A DNA stretch of 64,000 nucleotides from Chrysomallon squamiferum. Taxonomy: Eukaryota > Animalia > Mollusca. A model generated the notes under the pieces. That model was not told the origin of the DNA, made no database searches, and was given only the letters and a program-made list of their open reading frames with translations. The stretch covers positions 20,150,001-20,214,000 of the forward strand of contig CM022677.1 in assembly GCA_012295275.1 (NCBI GenBank), written 5' to 3'. The translations under genes were made by a program, and so were the position numbers. Below are positions 33,449 through 47,346 of this stretch, piece by piece (position 1 is the stretch's first letter; the number at the start of each line of letters is the position of its first letter).

Positions 33449-33939
33449 CGTTCAGACACCGCTCCCTGCTTGTCGTTCTGCAAGACAAAAACCAGAGAGA
33501 GAGAGAGAGAGAGATTAGGTGAGAATGAATGAATGAATAAGTAAGTAGATGGACGAATGAATAAGTAAATGTACAGATGAATGAATGAATGAATGAAAGG
33601 GTGAATGAATAACGAAATAAGTGAATGAATAAATAGATAAAAATGAATAAATGAAAAGATGAATGAAAGATTGAATAAAGAATGAATAAATAAGCGAATG
33701 AATAAAGACATGAATAAATAATTAGATGAATGAATGAATACATTAATTAGTAAATAGGTAAATGAATGAATTAATGAATGAATAAATAAATAAATAAATA
33801 AATTAACAAATGAATCAATGAAAATAAATAAATAAATAAATAAATGCATGAACGAATGAATAAAATTACCATTAAATTTAGTAGGTGCATTATCTTTTCT
33901 AATCACCGATAAAAAAAAAAAAAAAAAAAAAAAAATAAT

Positions 33940-33995
<56 letters not shown>

Positions 33996-35004
33996 TAATA
34001 AAAAAATAATTAAATAATAAAAAATTAAAAATAATAAAACATGAAAGAATGATTATATCAACAGTGAAATGGGAAGTGGTGTTTTGTTCAACATTATTTT
34101 AATCCAATATTATACAGCACTGAACTTTTGTTTCTTATACGAGTGATTCTTAACGGTTAATATCAAGTGTAACTCAGACAAACAGAGTAAAAAATATTAA
34201 ATAAAAAAGAAACACTTTTGCTAAAATTGTTACGATGGTAACTGTTGAACCAGGGATGGAGCTCTGGCGTGATTGGGAATTTGGTCATTGGAGTCGCCGA
34301 GAAGGACTGATCATATTGTCTGTAATGTCTCAGACAGCGCTTTAACCACTAAGTCCCGACTGCACCCGCAAAAACTGGACTCAGGTCAGTACGATTAATG
34401 TTTATTACCATGCGGCAGACACGCAGGTTTTGCAAATTTACGAGTATACCAAATTTAGAATGTGTAGATGTTTGTTTGTTTTGTTTTGTTTTGTTTTTTT
34501 ATATATATATTTTTGTTTTTTTAGAAATACCGGTCTTGATAATGCTTAGAACTACTTATTTTTGTTTAAATTATATTGGTAAATTTGTAGACAAGGCAGG
34601 ATTTAACGCGATCATTTAAAAGAAGAATGTAAACAAAGAAAGAAACAAACAAACCAGCCTAAGTTATATTTTTAAGCATAAATTTCTGTCGATATTGAAC
34701 AAATAAAGTCTGTAAAGAATTCCATAATTTAGAGCCTTACTATAACTTAAGTTGCCACTTTGGTAATTATGTTATTTGCTAATTGTAGTAAATAGCTATT
34801 ACCTTTCCAGTCTGTATAAAAACAAAGTAAGAGAAAATAATAATAAAGATGCATAATAAAATAAGACGAAAACACACATAAACAGAACACAAACATTAAA
34901 AATTAAAGGTAATGATTAATTATTAATTTTTGAAAAATCGGATTTCAGTTGTAGAGTAGTCATAAAATTAGTATAATATCATAAACTAGATAACCTTGCT
35001 AGGT

Positions 35005-35065
35005 ACTCACACGTTCATTCACCTAGTCAAACCGGACGTCATTTTATTTTATTACGTCATCAGTT
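35005..35065 (-). promoter_or_regulatory. Putative non-coding first exon/promoter of gene B (copies at 41811-41868 and 48461-48516)
   Basis: Same arrangement as upstream of gene A: ATTACGTCATCA (35051-35062), GACGTCA (35035-35041), donor GTGAGT (35010-35005). An acceptor TTGCAG ends at 33478, just before the ATG. Confidence 0.5.
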
Positions 35066-35203
35066 TTGGCGTAAAATGTATTTCTGCTCTTTCGGAAATC
35101 ATTGTAAACATTCGTAAAATGATGATATTAATGTAAGGAATAAATGCTAACTTCAGTGCATAGTTTTGATTATTGTTATCAAATTGTAATAGTAAACAGT
35201 CTG

Positions 35204-35244
<41 letters not shown>

Positions 35245-35549
35245 GTATAGACGTAAATACACACATACGCGTACACAAATAGCTACTACATTCAGGACCT
35301 CTCCACGTTCAGTGATTAAAAAATAGAACTCTTTCTAAACTACTGTTTCTTTTCGTTTTCGGTTTGACATTTGTGGAAGATTGTATACTTGTTCCAATAC
35401 TAGTCTATGCATTTCATCAAGACAATGATCCATTATATTCAGACTGAGTAGGCTCAGTTCACGAGGGCTTTCTGACTGGTTATCCGAATGTCGTTAAAAC
35501 TGTTACTTAAATATCACTTTCCATTTGTATTCGTGATGTAATGTAAATT

Positions 35550-35992
35550 TTACTTTCATTATTATGTACAAGATTTCTAAGTGATATTTAAACTTTTTAG
35601 TTTCATTATTACGTTCAAGGTTTCTAAGTGAAATTTAAACTTTTTGGTTTCATTATTACGTTCAAGGCTTCTAAGTGAAATTTAAACTTAAGTTTGATTA
35701 CGTGGGGGTAAAAAGGAATTAAATGCAATTTATAAACTTTAATTTCATTATTAGGATCAGGGATTTTGAATAAAATTTAAAATTTATCTATGCGCGGGTT
35801 GGTAAACGAATTTTAGTTTCATTATTTCCGAAATGATTACTTAGTGAAATTTAAAAATCAGTTTCGTGTTATTTTCATTATTATTATAAAGGTTATTCAA
35901 AGAAATTTAATTTTTAGGTTCATTAATATGTGCAGGATTATCTGAACTAAATTACATTTTGGTTTCTTTAATATGTCCATGATTTCAGAAAT

Positions 35993-36025
<33 letters not shown>

Positions 36026-36547
36026 TACGGGCTGGATTCTGAATAAAATTTAAACTTTAGTTTCATTTCTACATATATGAGTACAGAACTATATTTAAAC
36101 TTTAAATGTACAGAGACATTAAAAGTGATTCATTTATTTGAAATGAATTATACTGATATGTAAAAGATTTAATACGCACAGATTTTAAGTTTTAGTTTCC
36201 TTAGTATGTACAGATTATAAACTTTAGTTTCATTAATATGTACAGGTTCAATGAACACATTTTAAACTTTAGGTTCGTTAGTATGTACAGGTTCAATGAA
36301 AGAGTTTTAAACTTTAGTTTCGTTAGTATGTACAGGTTGAATGAAAGAGTTTTAAACTTTAGCTTCGTTAGCATGTCCAGGTTCAATGAAAGAATTTTAA
36401 ACTTCTCTATCATTAGTATGTACAGGTTTAATGAAATAATTTTAAACTTTAGTTTCTTTAGCATGTACAGGTTCAATGAAAGAGTTTTAAACTTTAATTT
36501 CGTTAGCATGTACAGGTTTATTGAACGAGTTTTAAACTTTAGTTTCA
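35550..36547. repeat. 44-45-bp minisatellite in the 3' UTR/flank of gene C (homologous arrays at ~42350-43550 and ~49000-50250)
   Basis: The unit ttttaaactttagtttcgttagtatgtacaggttcaatgaaagag has a 45-nt period near the stop codon and decays into related 44-nt units further away. Confidence 0.93.
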
Positions 36548-36704
36548 TCGAGCTCTGTAGCAGTCGGGTTACTGAATGCAACGTTCGCTTGACCCTCCAC
36601 CGTTGTCTTTTCTTGTTTCTTCTTTGGCAGCACGCGATCCATAACTTTATTAACCTTTTCGTTTTTCGTCCTCCGCAGATATCTGTAATTTTAGTAGTAG
36701 TGGT

Positions 36705-36738
<34 letters not shown>

Positions 36739-37121
36739 GCGACAACATCAGTGACAACAACAACAACAGTGACAACAACTAAACAACAACGACGACAGTA
36801 ATACGAACAAACTAAAGAACTGTAGAAAAACTAAAAGTATAACAACAATTACACAGATTCAACTACCTGTATCGACTATTACTACTACTACTACTACTAC
36901 TACTCCTACTACTACTACTACTACTACAAGTACCATCTGTAACAGATATTAAACATAAATAATTACATCTACAATTACAACTACAACACGTATGTGTGTG
37001 TGCGTGTTAATATATATATATTATGTATTGAAAAGCGTTCGTCCACGTTTTGAATCTCTCTCTCTCTCTCTCTCTCTCCTCTTTCCCCTCTCTCTCTCTC
37101 TCTCCCCCTCTCTCTCTCTCT

Positions 37122-37197
<76 letters not shown>

Positions 37198-37695
37198 ATA
37201 TACAAAAACAATTTTCACCCGAAATAGAAGCCAGCGCCGCCGCCCAGGAGAAGCAGCAACACAACGACTACGGCAACAATGGCGCCAGTGTCATCAGAAG
37301 ATTCTGAGGTATCAGGTGGTTTGTCTTAAAAAAAAAAAAAAAATTAAATTTAAAAAAAAGAAAGATAAAAGAGTACATGTCAGGTGGTTTCTAGGAGACA
37401 TTCTCTAGAACTAGTAATAATAAATTCCTGTTGTATTCCGTTAAACAGTTGACTCTAAAAGACTGTGGCATGTGCTGTCCTGCTCGCTGGCTATTTTATC
37501 GGCAGTGGCAACCCATCGGATGTCGAGTGTGGGTAATGGCCGTAGTAGAATCACGATTCGTGAAAATGAATAAATATTAGTTATAATGTGTGTTAATAGC
37601 CTTTCATTATCTATTTAAATACATAATATATCTATCTATCTATCTATATCTATCTATCTATATATGTATATATATATATATATAAGAGAAAGAAA

Positions 37696-37788
<93 letters not shown>

Positions 37789-39546
37789 ATTTCATGAATA
37801 TTTCTCACTGGTTGGTGCTGCTGCTGTAGTCGTGTAGGCAGTTGTAAACTTATCTACCTCCTCTGTCGTCGTGGTAGTCTCATCTACCTTCTCTGTCGTC
37901 GCGGTAGTCTCATCTACCTCCTCTGTCGTCGTGGTAGTCTCATCTACCTTCTCTGTCGTCGTGGTAGTCTCATCTACCTCCTCTGTCGTCGTGGTAGTCT
38001 CATCCACCTCCTCTATCGCCGTGGCAGTCTCATCCACCTCCTCCATCGTCGTGGTAGGCTCGAGCGTGGTTGTAAGATCTTCGTCCGTGCAGTTGTCGCG
38101 AAGGCGTCGCATCGTTTCGGGAAGGTTGAGGGCGTTCGCGGTCGTGCCGTTGTAGCAGTTTCCCTGAAACGACGTCGAGGTCGACCACGACAGCACCTCG
38201 TACATGGGGCAGTCGCACGGGAGTTCGAGGTTCTGCAGCGAGATGCGCTTGAACTTGTCCTTGGGGTACTCGAGGACGAAGGACAAGTGGGTCATCTGGG
38301 TCCCGTCCAGGTCCAACAGCACTCCGGCCCCGAAGTTGGCGAAAGCCCCCGTGCGAATCTCTCTCAGCGGGTTTCCTTTCAGAATCAGGGTCGTGATTGC
38401 GATCTGCTCGAAGGCGGACGCAGTTATCACCTCTATTTTGTTGTCTATCAGGGAGATGTGGTTGAGGAGCTTCAGCGGTCGTATCACGTCCGTCGGTATC
38501 GAACTGACGCCGACGCTGTCGAGGATGACCCGCTTCAGGCAGTCCTGCTGCGCCTGGAAGATGCTGGAGGAGAGAGGGATCTGCGAGTAGCCGAGGTCGA
38601 TTAGGTCGAGGCAGTAGGTCCCGTCCAGGCTGGAAAGCTCGGTGAGCGGGTTGTGCGCCAGATCGAGGTACTTGAGCTGCGACAGGGAGTCGAAGCCGGG
38701 AGGCAGGTCGACGAGGTTGCAGCTGCGCGCCGAAATGAACTTGATGGTTGTGCTGACGTCGTTGAAGGCGTCGGGCTGGATGGTGAGGTTGGCGTTGCCG
38801 TCTACGTTCAAAACCGACAACTTGGCCAGACCGGAGAGGTCGTCCTTTCGCAAGTTCGCGATGCGGTTGTGGGCGAACTTCAGCTCCTGGATGTTCGTGA
38901 GGTTCTTGATGGCCCTCGGCAGGCTCGTCAACGAATTGTTCGACAGGTCCAGCGTCTTCAACTCCTCCACGCCCCGGAAGGCGTCGCCGTCGATGCTTTG
39001 AATCGAGCAGTTGTCGAGCTCGAGAAACTTCAAAGAAGGCGCGCCCTCGTTGAGGAAGCCGCCGCTGACCCGCCCGCTGCTCTGCGAGTTCGAGCCGAGA
39101 ATCAGCTTCTGGATGTTGTAGAGACCCTTGAGGTAGGTGTGCGGGCTGTCGAACTGCAGGCCGTTGTACGAGAGGTCGAGCGTGTGCAGGACCGGGGCTA
39201 TGTTGACGAAGGCAGAGTCCTCGAGGCGGATCCCGTAGTTGCGTTTCAGCACGATCACCTTCAGCCTGAGTCCCGCGGGGAAGTCGGACTTGCGCACGAG
39301 CTGAATGTTGTTGTGCTCGAGGTCGAGGAGGAAGTCCTCCTCAAGCTGCGAGAACGGCGTCAGGTCCGGGAGTGCCGTCAAGCGGCTGTTCTTGCAGAAG
39401 ACGATGTAGGCCTCCCCTAAGTACGTGGACATCGTCGTCCGGCAAATGCAGGGCGTCGTGCACGGACCTTCGTCGTCCTCAGCCCCAGAAACCGCGAGTG
39501 GAGTCGACAGCAGCAGAAGCAGAAGCGTTGTAGCAACAACGTCCAT
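36532..39546 (-). CDS. Gene C: LRR-mucin-TM receptor, ~664 aa, C-terminal PDZ-binding motif -ETKV
   Basis: Exon 39546-37809 is the ectodomain (donor A|GTGAGA, phase 1). Exon 37324-37219 reads [35 protein letters not shown] (phase 1-2). Exon 36682-36532 reads YLRRTKNEKVNKVMDRVLPKKKQEKTTVEGQANVAFSNPTATELDETKV*. Confidence 0.93.
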
Positions 39547-39596
39547 GATTAACCGGTTAATTCAGTCTGAAGTGCAAAATAGTGAATAAAAATGAT

Positions 39597-39628
<32 letters not shown>

Positions 39629-39649
39629 ATTTTTTTTTCGTCTTGTTCT

Positions 39650-39812
39650 GCAGTTTGGAATATTTAGAGTGAATGAATGAATAGAATTTCATACTTTATG
39701 TTCCGGAGTTTGAAATATTCAGAGTGAATGAATGAATAGAATTTCATACTTTATGTTCCGGAGTTTGAAATATTCAGAGTGAATGAATGAATAGAATTTC
39801 ATACTTTATTTT
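39650..39812. repeat. 55-bp tandem repeat, 3 copies, in the 5' UTR intron (also ~46375-46540 and ~53160-53325)
   Basis: ggagtttgaaatattcagagtgaatgaatgaatagaatttcatactttatgttcc is repeated. Confidence 0.9.
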
Positions 39813-40626
39813 CTGGAAGATAACGCTATGCGAACAATTACGACATAACGCGATGTTTACAGATGGCGTTGTCTAGTGATGACTACAGAATAACATGATT
39901 GTTAAGATTTTGATATCTGTAGAAGAATTTTTGATTTTATCATATTTACTTTGTAAAATAATATAAATAAAAATAATAATAAATTAGACAGCTATATTTA
40001 AAAAAACAAAAACATTACATTGTTTTTTTTTTTTTAAAGCATCAGGTTAGCTGAAGAAAGTGAAAACACTTATTTCCATTGTGAACAATTACGGAATAAC
40101 ATATTTTTTTTATATAGATGGCGCTATCTACTGATGATATCGAACAATTACGGAATAAAACGATTTTTATAAATGGCGCCATCTAATGATGAATCCGAAC
40201 AATTACGAAATAACACGATTTTTATAGATGGCGCTATCTATTGATGATACGAAATAACTAATGTATAAATGTTTTATGATATTTGTTGGTGATAACGATC
40301 AACTATAGATAACTATAGATGGCGCTGTCGAACAATAACTGTATAATATCTGTTGGTGGCACATTGTAATGGAATTTTTACAGCTGGAAGATTTTGGCCA
40401 GCTTTCGAAATGCGTTACACCAGACATGCATAGAAATTATGCAGTTGCTGAATTTCAAGCCTCGCTGCAGTCCGCCATTTTAACCTTCGTAGGATAAATC
40501 TGCTATCCTAGGATAGTAACTAGTTGGTCCCTATACAAATATTTTTTGCAAAATCAAAATATATAAATACTTAATTAACAAGATCAGTACTAGTACGTAA
40601 CGAATATTCTGTCCAAATTTAGTTTA

Positions 40627-40692
<66 letters not shown>

Positions 40693-43535
40693 TAATAAGG
40701 AGAAATAAATAAAAATAATTTAAAAAAAAAACATTTAAAAAAAATAAAGTCTTTTAAATATCAGACTAAACAAGTAATTTCTGATTAAAATATCTTTTTT
40801 TTTGAAAAGTGCGTTATCAGTTAACCATTCACGTTTGCAGAAGTCGATCACGTGACACAACTGATACAGTTCGAAGTGTATAACGGTCCCGAACAAAACA
40901 AAAACTGATGTCGCTTACAACCTACGAAACAAATCCAACATCAATATTAATTTTATCTAAGTTAGCAATCAATGTAAAGGCGTTTTAATTTTCAAAGAAG
41001 CGTTTATCTTGTGCATCGCTTCCATATTTCGCGTCAAATTTGTTATCATTATATATTCAAAAATCAGCAACAAAGTTCCGTGTATTTTTCTGTATTTAAA
41101 ACTAGATGAAAGATGCATGGGCTAGATAGATCATTGCACTTTTAAACTCACCTTTTCCACTAAGTCCCGACTGCACCCGCGAAGACTGGACACAGGTCAG
41201 TACGATTAATATTTATTACCATGCGGCAGACACGCAGGTTTTGCAAATTTACGAGTATACCAAATTTAGAATGTGTAGATGTTTGTTTGTTTTTGTTTTT
41301 TTGTTTTTTTATATATATATATTTTTTTTAGAAATACCGGACTTGGTAATGCTTAGAACTACTTAATTTGTTTAAATTATATTGGTAAATTTGTAGACAA
41401 GGCAGGATTTAACGCGATCATTTAAAAGAAGAATGCAAAGAAAGAAAGAAACAAACAAACAAGCCTAAGTTATATTTTTAAGCATAAATTTCTGTCGATA
41501 TTGAAGAAATAAAGTCTGTAAAGAATTCCATAATTTAGGGCCTTACTATAACTTAAGTTGCCACTTTGGTAAGTATGTTATTGGCTAATTGTAGTAAATA
41601 GCTATTACCTTTCCAGTCTGTATAAAAACAAAGTAAGAGAAAATAATAATAAAGATGCATAATAAAATAAGACGAAAAAACACATAAACAGAACAGAAAC
41701 ATCAAAAATTAAAGGTAACGATTAATTATTAATTTTTGAAAAATCGGATTTCAATTGTAGAGTAGTAATAAAATTAGTATAATGTCATAAACTAGATAAC
41801 CTTGCTTGGTACTCACGCGTTCATTCACCTAGTCAAACTGGACGTCATTTTATTTTATTACGTCATCAGTTTTGGCGCAAAATGTATTTCCGCTCTTTCG
41901 GAAATCATTGTAAACATTCGTAAAATGATGATATTAATGTAAGGAATAAATGCTAACTTCAGTTTTGATTATTATTATCAAATTGTAATAGTAAACAGTC
42001 TGAAATAACACACACACACACACACACGCACACGCACACTCTGGTATAGACGTAAACACACACATACGCGTACACAAATAGCTACTACATTCAGGACCTG
42101 TCCACGTTCACTGATTAAAAAATAGAACTCTTTCTAAACTACTGTTTCTTTTCGTTTTCGGTTTGACATTTGTGGAAGATTGTATACTTGTTCCAATACT
42201 AGTCTATGCATTTCATCAAGACAATGATCTATTATATTCAGACTGAGTAGGCTCAGTTCACGAGGGCTTTCTGACTGGTTATCCGAATGTCGTTAAATCT
42301 GTTACTTAAATATCACTTTTCATTTGTATTCGTGATGTAAGGTAAATTTTACTTTCATTATTATGTACAAGATTTCTAAGTGATATTTAAACTTTATAGT
42401 TTCATTATTACGTTCAAGGTTTCTAAGTGAAATTTAAACTTTTTAGTTCATTATTACCTCAAGGTTTCTAAGTGAAATTTAAACTTTTTGGTTTCATTTT
42501 TACGTTCGTTTCTAAGTGAAATTTAAACTTTTTAGTTTCATTATTATGTTCAAGGTTTCTAAGTGAAATGTAAACTTAAGTTTGATTACGTGGGGGTAAA
42601 AAGGAATTAAATGCAATTTATAAACTTTAATTTCATTATTAGGATCAGGGATTTTGAATAAAATTTAAAATTTATCTATGCGCGGGTTGGTAAACGAATT
42701 TTAGTTTCATTATTTCCGAAATGATTACTTAGTGAAATTTAAAAATCAGTTTCGTGTTATTTTCATTATTATTATAAAGGCTATTCAAAGAAATTTAATT
42801 TTTAGGTTCATTAATATGTGCAGGATTATCTGAACTAAATTAAATTTTGGTTTCATTAATATGTCCATGATTTCTGAAATAAATTTAAATTTTATTTTTT
42901 ATTACGGGCTGGGTTCTGAATTAAATTTAAACTTTAGTTTCATTTCTACATATATGAGTACAGAACTATATTTAAACTTTAAATGTACAGAGACATTAAA
43001 AGTGATTCATTTATTTGAAATGAATTATACTGATAGGTAAAAGATTTAATACACACAGATTTTAAGCTTTAGTTTCATTAGTATGTACAGATTATAAACT
43101 TTAGTTTCGTTAGTATGTACAAGTTCAATGAACGCATTTTAAACTTTAGTTTCGTATGTACAGGTTTAATGAAAGAATTTTAAACTTTAGTTTCGTTAGC
43201 ATGTACAGGTTCAATGAAAGAGTTTTAAACTTTAGTTTCGTTAGTATGTACAGGTTCAATGAAAGAGTTTTAAACTTTAGTTTCGTTAGTATGTATAGGT
43301 TCGATGAAAGAGTTTTAAACTTTAGTTTCGTTAGTATGTACAGGTTCAATGAAAGAATTTTAAACTTCTCTATCATTAGTATGTACAGGTTTAATGAAAT
43401 AATTTTAAACTTTAGTTTCGTTAGTATGTACAGGTACATTGAAAGAGTTTTAAACTTTAGTTTCGTTAGTATGTACAGGTTCAATGAAAGAATTTTAAAC
43501 TTTAGTTTCGTATGTACAGGTTTAATGAAATAATT

Positions 43536-44039
43536 TTAAACTTTAGTTTGATCGAGCTCTGTAGGATTACTGAATGCGACGTTCGCTTGACCTTCCACCG
43601 TCGTCTTTTCTTTTTTCTTCTTTGGCAGCACGCGATCCATAATTTTATTAAACTTTTCGTTTTTCGTCCTCCGCAGATATCTGTAATTTTAGTAGTAGTG
43701 GTAACAACAACAACAACAACAACGACAACATCAGTGACAACAACAACAACAAGTGACAACAACAAAACAGCAGGAAAAATAACAACAACGACGACAGTAA
43801 TACGAACAAACTAAAGAACTGTAGAAACAAAAAATATAACAACAATTACACAGATTCAACCACTGTATCGACTATTACTACTACTACTACTACTACAAGT
43901 ACCATCCCTGCTATTAGTTCTGTAACAGATATTAAACAAAAATAATTACATCTACAATTACAACTACGACACGTATGTGTGTGTGCGTGTTAATATATAT
44001 ACATATATTATGTATTGAAAAGCGTTCATCCACGTTTTG

Positions 44040-44133
<94 letters not shown>

Positions 44134-44626
44134 ACTCTCTCTCTCTCTCTCTCTCTCTCTAAATATATATGCTATAAAAATAATTTTCACCCGAAATAGA
44201 AGCCAGCGCCGCCGCCCAGGAGAACCAGCAACACAACGACTACGGCAACAATGACGCCAGTGTCATCAGAAGATTCTGAGGAGTCATGTGGTTTGTCTTG
44301 AAAAAAGAAAAAAAAAAAAAAAAAAAAAAGATAAAAGAATACATGTCAGGTGGTTTCTAGGAGACATTCTCTAGAACTAGTAATAAATTCCTGTTGTATT
44401 CCGTTAAGCAGTTGACTCTAAAAGACTGTGGCATGTGCTGTCCTGCTCGCTGGCTATTTTATCGGCAGTGGCAACCCATGGGATGTCGAGTGTGGGTAAT
44501 GGCTGTAGTAGAATCACGATTCATGAAAATGAATAAATGTTAGTTATAATGTGTGTTAATAGCCTTTCATTATCTATTTAAATACATAATATATCTATCT
44601 ATCTATCTATCTATATATATATATAT

Positions 44627-44719
<93 letters not shown>

Positions 44720-46279
44720 ATTTCATGAACATTTCTCACTGGTTGGTGTTGCTGCTGTAAACTTATCCACCTTCTCTGTCGTCGTGGTAGGCTCTAGCGT
44801 AGTTGTAAGATCTTCGTCCGTGCAGCTGTCGGGAAGGCGTCGCATCGTTTCGGGAATGTTGAGGGACATCTGATTCCAGCCGTTGTAGCAGTCTCCCTGA
44901 AACGTCGTCGAGGTCGACCACGACAGCACCTTGTACATGGTGCAGTCGCACTGGAGTACGAGGTTCTGCACCGAAATGCGCTGGAATTTGTCCTTGGGGT
45001 ACTCGAGGACGAAGGACAAGTTGGTCATCTGGGTCCCGTCCAGGTCCAACAGAACTCTGGACCCGAAGTTGGCGAAAGCCCCCTTGCGAATCTCTCTCAG
45101 CGGGTTTCCTTTCAGAATCAGGGTCGTGATTGCGATCTGCTCGAAGGCGGACGCAGGTATCACCTCTATTTTGTTGTCTATCAGGGAGATGTGGATGAGA
45201 CGCTTCAGCGGTCGTATCGCGTCCGTCGGTATCGAAGTGACGCCAACGCTGTCGAGGATGACGAGCTTCAGGCAGTCCTGCTGCGCCTGGAAGATGCTGG
45301 AGGAGAGAGGGATCTGCGAGTAGCTGAGGTTGATGAAGTTGAGGCAGTACGTCCCGTCCAGGCTGGACAGCTGGGTGAGCGGGTTGTGCGCCAGTTGCAA
45401 GTACTTGAGCTGCGACAGGGAGTCGAAGCCGGGAGACAGGTCGACGAGGTTGCAGCTGCGCGCCGAAATGAGCGCGATGGTTTTGCTGACGTCGTTGAAG
45501 GCGTTGGGGTGAATGGAGAGGTTGGCGTTGCCGTCTACGTTCAAAACCGCCAGCTTGGCCAGACCGGAGAGGTCGTCCTTTCGCAAGTTCGCGATGCGGT
45601 TGTGAGCGAACTGCAGCTCCTGGATGTTCGTGAGGTTCTTGATGGCCCTCGGCAGGCGCGTCAACGAATTGTTCGACAGGTCCAGCGTCTTCAACTCCTC
45701 CACGCCCCGGAAGGCGTCGCCGTCGATGGTTTGAATCGAGCAGTTGTCGAGCTTGAGAAACTTCAAAGAAGGCGCGCCAACGTCGAGGAAGCCGCCGCTG
45801 ACCCGCCCGCTGCTCTGCGAATTCGAGCCGAGAATCAGCTTCTGGATGTTGTCGAGTCCCTTGAGGTAGGTGAGCGGGCTATCGAACTGCAAGCCGTTGT
45901 ACGAGAGGTCGAGCGTGTGCAGGACCGGGGCTATTTTGGCGAAGGCCGAGTCCTCGAGGCGGATCCCGTAGTTTCGTTTCAGATTGATCACCTTCAGCCT
46001 GAGTCCCGGGGTGAAGTCGGAGGTGCGCACGAGCTGAATGTTGTTGTGCTCGAGGTCGAGGAGGAAGTCCCCCTCAAGCTGGGAGAACGGCCTCAGGTCC
46101 GGGACTGTCGTCAAGCGGCTGTTCTTGCAGAAGACGATGTAGCCCTTCCCTAAGTACCTGGAGATTCCCGTCCGGCAAGAGCAGGGCGTGGTACACGGAC
46201 CTTCGTCGTCCTCAGCCCCAGAAACCGCGAGTGGAGTCGACAGCAGCAGAAGCAGAAGCGTTGTAGCAACAACGTCCAT
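43536..46279 (-). CDS. Gene D: LRR-mucin-TM receptor, ~596 aa, short stalk, C-terminal PDZ-binding motif -QTKV
   Basis: Exons 46279-44740, 44296-44191 ([24 protein letters not shown]) and 43680-43536 (YLRRTKNEKFNKIMDRVLPKKKKEKTTVEGQANVAFSNPTELDQTKV*). Phases 1 and 2, as in gene C. Confidence 0.93.
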
Positions 46280-47292
46280 GATTAACCGGTTAATTCAGTC
46301 TGAAGTGCAAAATAGTGAATAAAAATGAATGTTTTTTTTTTAAAAATTTAAATTTTTTTTTTCTTTACCTCATGTTCTGGAGTTTGGAATATTTAGATTG
46401 AATGAATGAATAATATTTCATACTTTATGTTCCGGATTTGAAATATTCAGAGTGAATGAATGAATAGAATTTCATACTTTATGTTCCGGAGTTTGAAATA
46501 TTCAGAGTGAATGAATGAATAGAATTTCATACTTTATTTTCTGGAAGATAACGCTATGCGAACAATTACGACATAACGCGATGTTTACAGATGGCGTTGT
46601 CTAGTGATGACTACAGAATAACATGATTGTTAAGATTTTGATATGTGTAGAAGAATTTTTGATTTTATCACATTTACTTTGTAAAATAATATAAATAAAA
46701 GTAATAATAAATTAGACAGCTATATTAAAAAAACAGAAACATTAATTTTTTTTTTTTTTTTAAATGCATCAGGATAGCTGAAGAAAGTGAAAACACTTAT
46801 TTCCATTGTGAACAATTACGGAATAACATATTTTTTTTTTATAGATGGCGCTATCTACTGATGATATCGAACAGTTACGGAATAAAACGATTTTTATAGA
46901 TGGGGCTATCACTTGATGAACAATTACGGAATAAACCGATTTTTATAGATGGCGCTATCTATTGATGATACGAAATAACTAATGCATAAACATTTTATGA
47001 TATTTGTTGGTGATAACGATCAACTATAGATAACTATAGATGGTGCTGTCGAACAATAACTGTATAATATGTCGCTGTCTGTTGGTAGCACATTGTAATG
47101 GAATTTTTACAGCTGGAAGATTTTGGCCAGCTTTCGAAATGCGTTACACCAGACATGCATAGAAATTATGCAGTTGCTGAATTAGACAGCTAATCCCTAT
47201 ATAAATATTTTGCAATACTTAATTAACAAGATCAGTACTAGCACGTAACGAATATTCTGTCCAAATGGCATACAATAATTAAATTTAGTTTA

Positions 47293-47346
<54 letters not shown>

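Noticed and set aside
34803-34811. 9-nt candidate 5' UTR micro-exon (cag|ACTGGAAAG|gtaata) upstream of gene B
   Set aside because: The splice signals are plausible but too short to support without transcripts.
36201-36801. ORFs of KLKFKTLSLNLYILT / MYRFNERVLNFSFVS repeats as extra LRR-like proteins
   Set aside because: They are translations of the 45-bp minisatellite downstream of the true stop codon.
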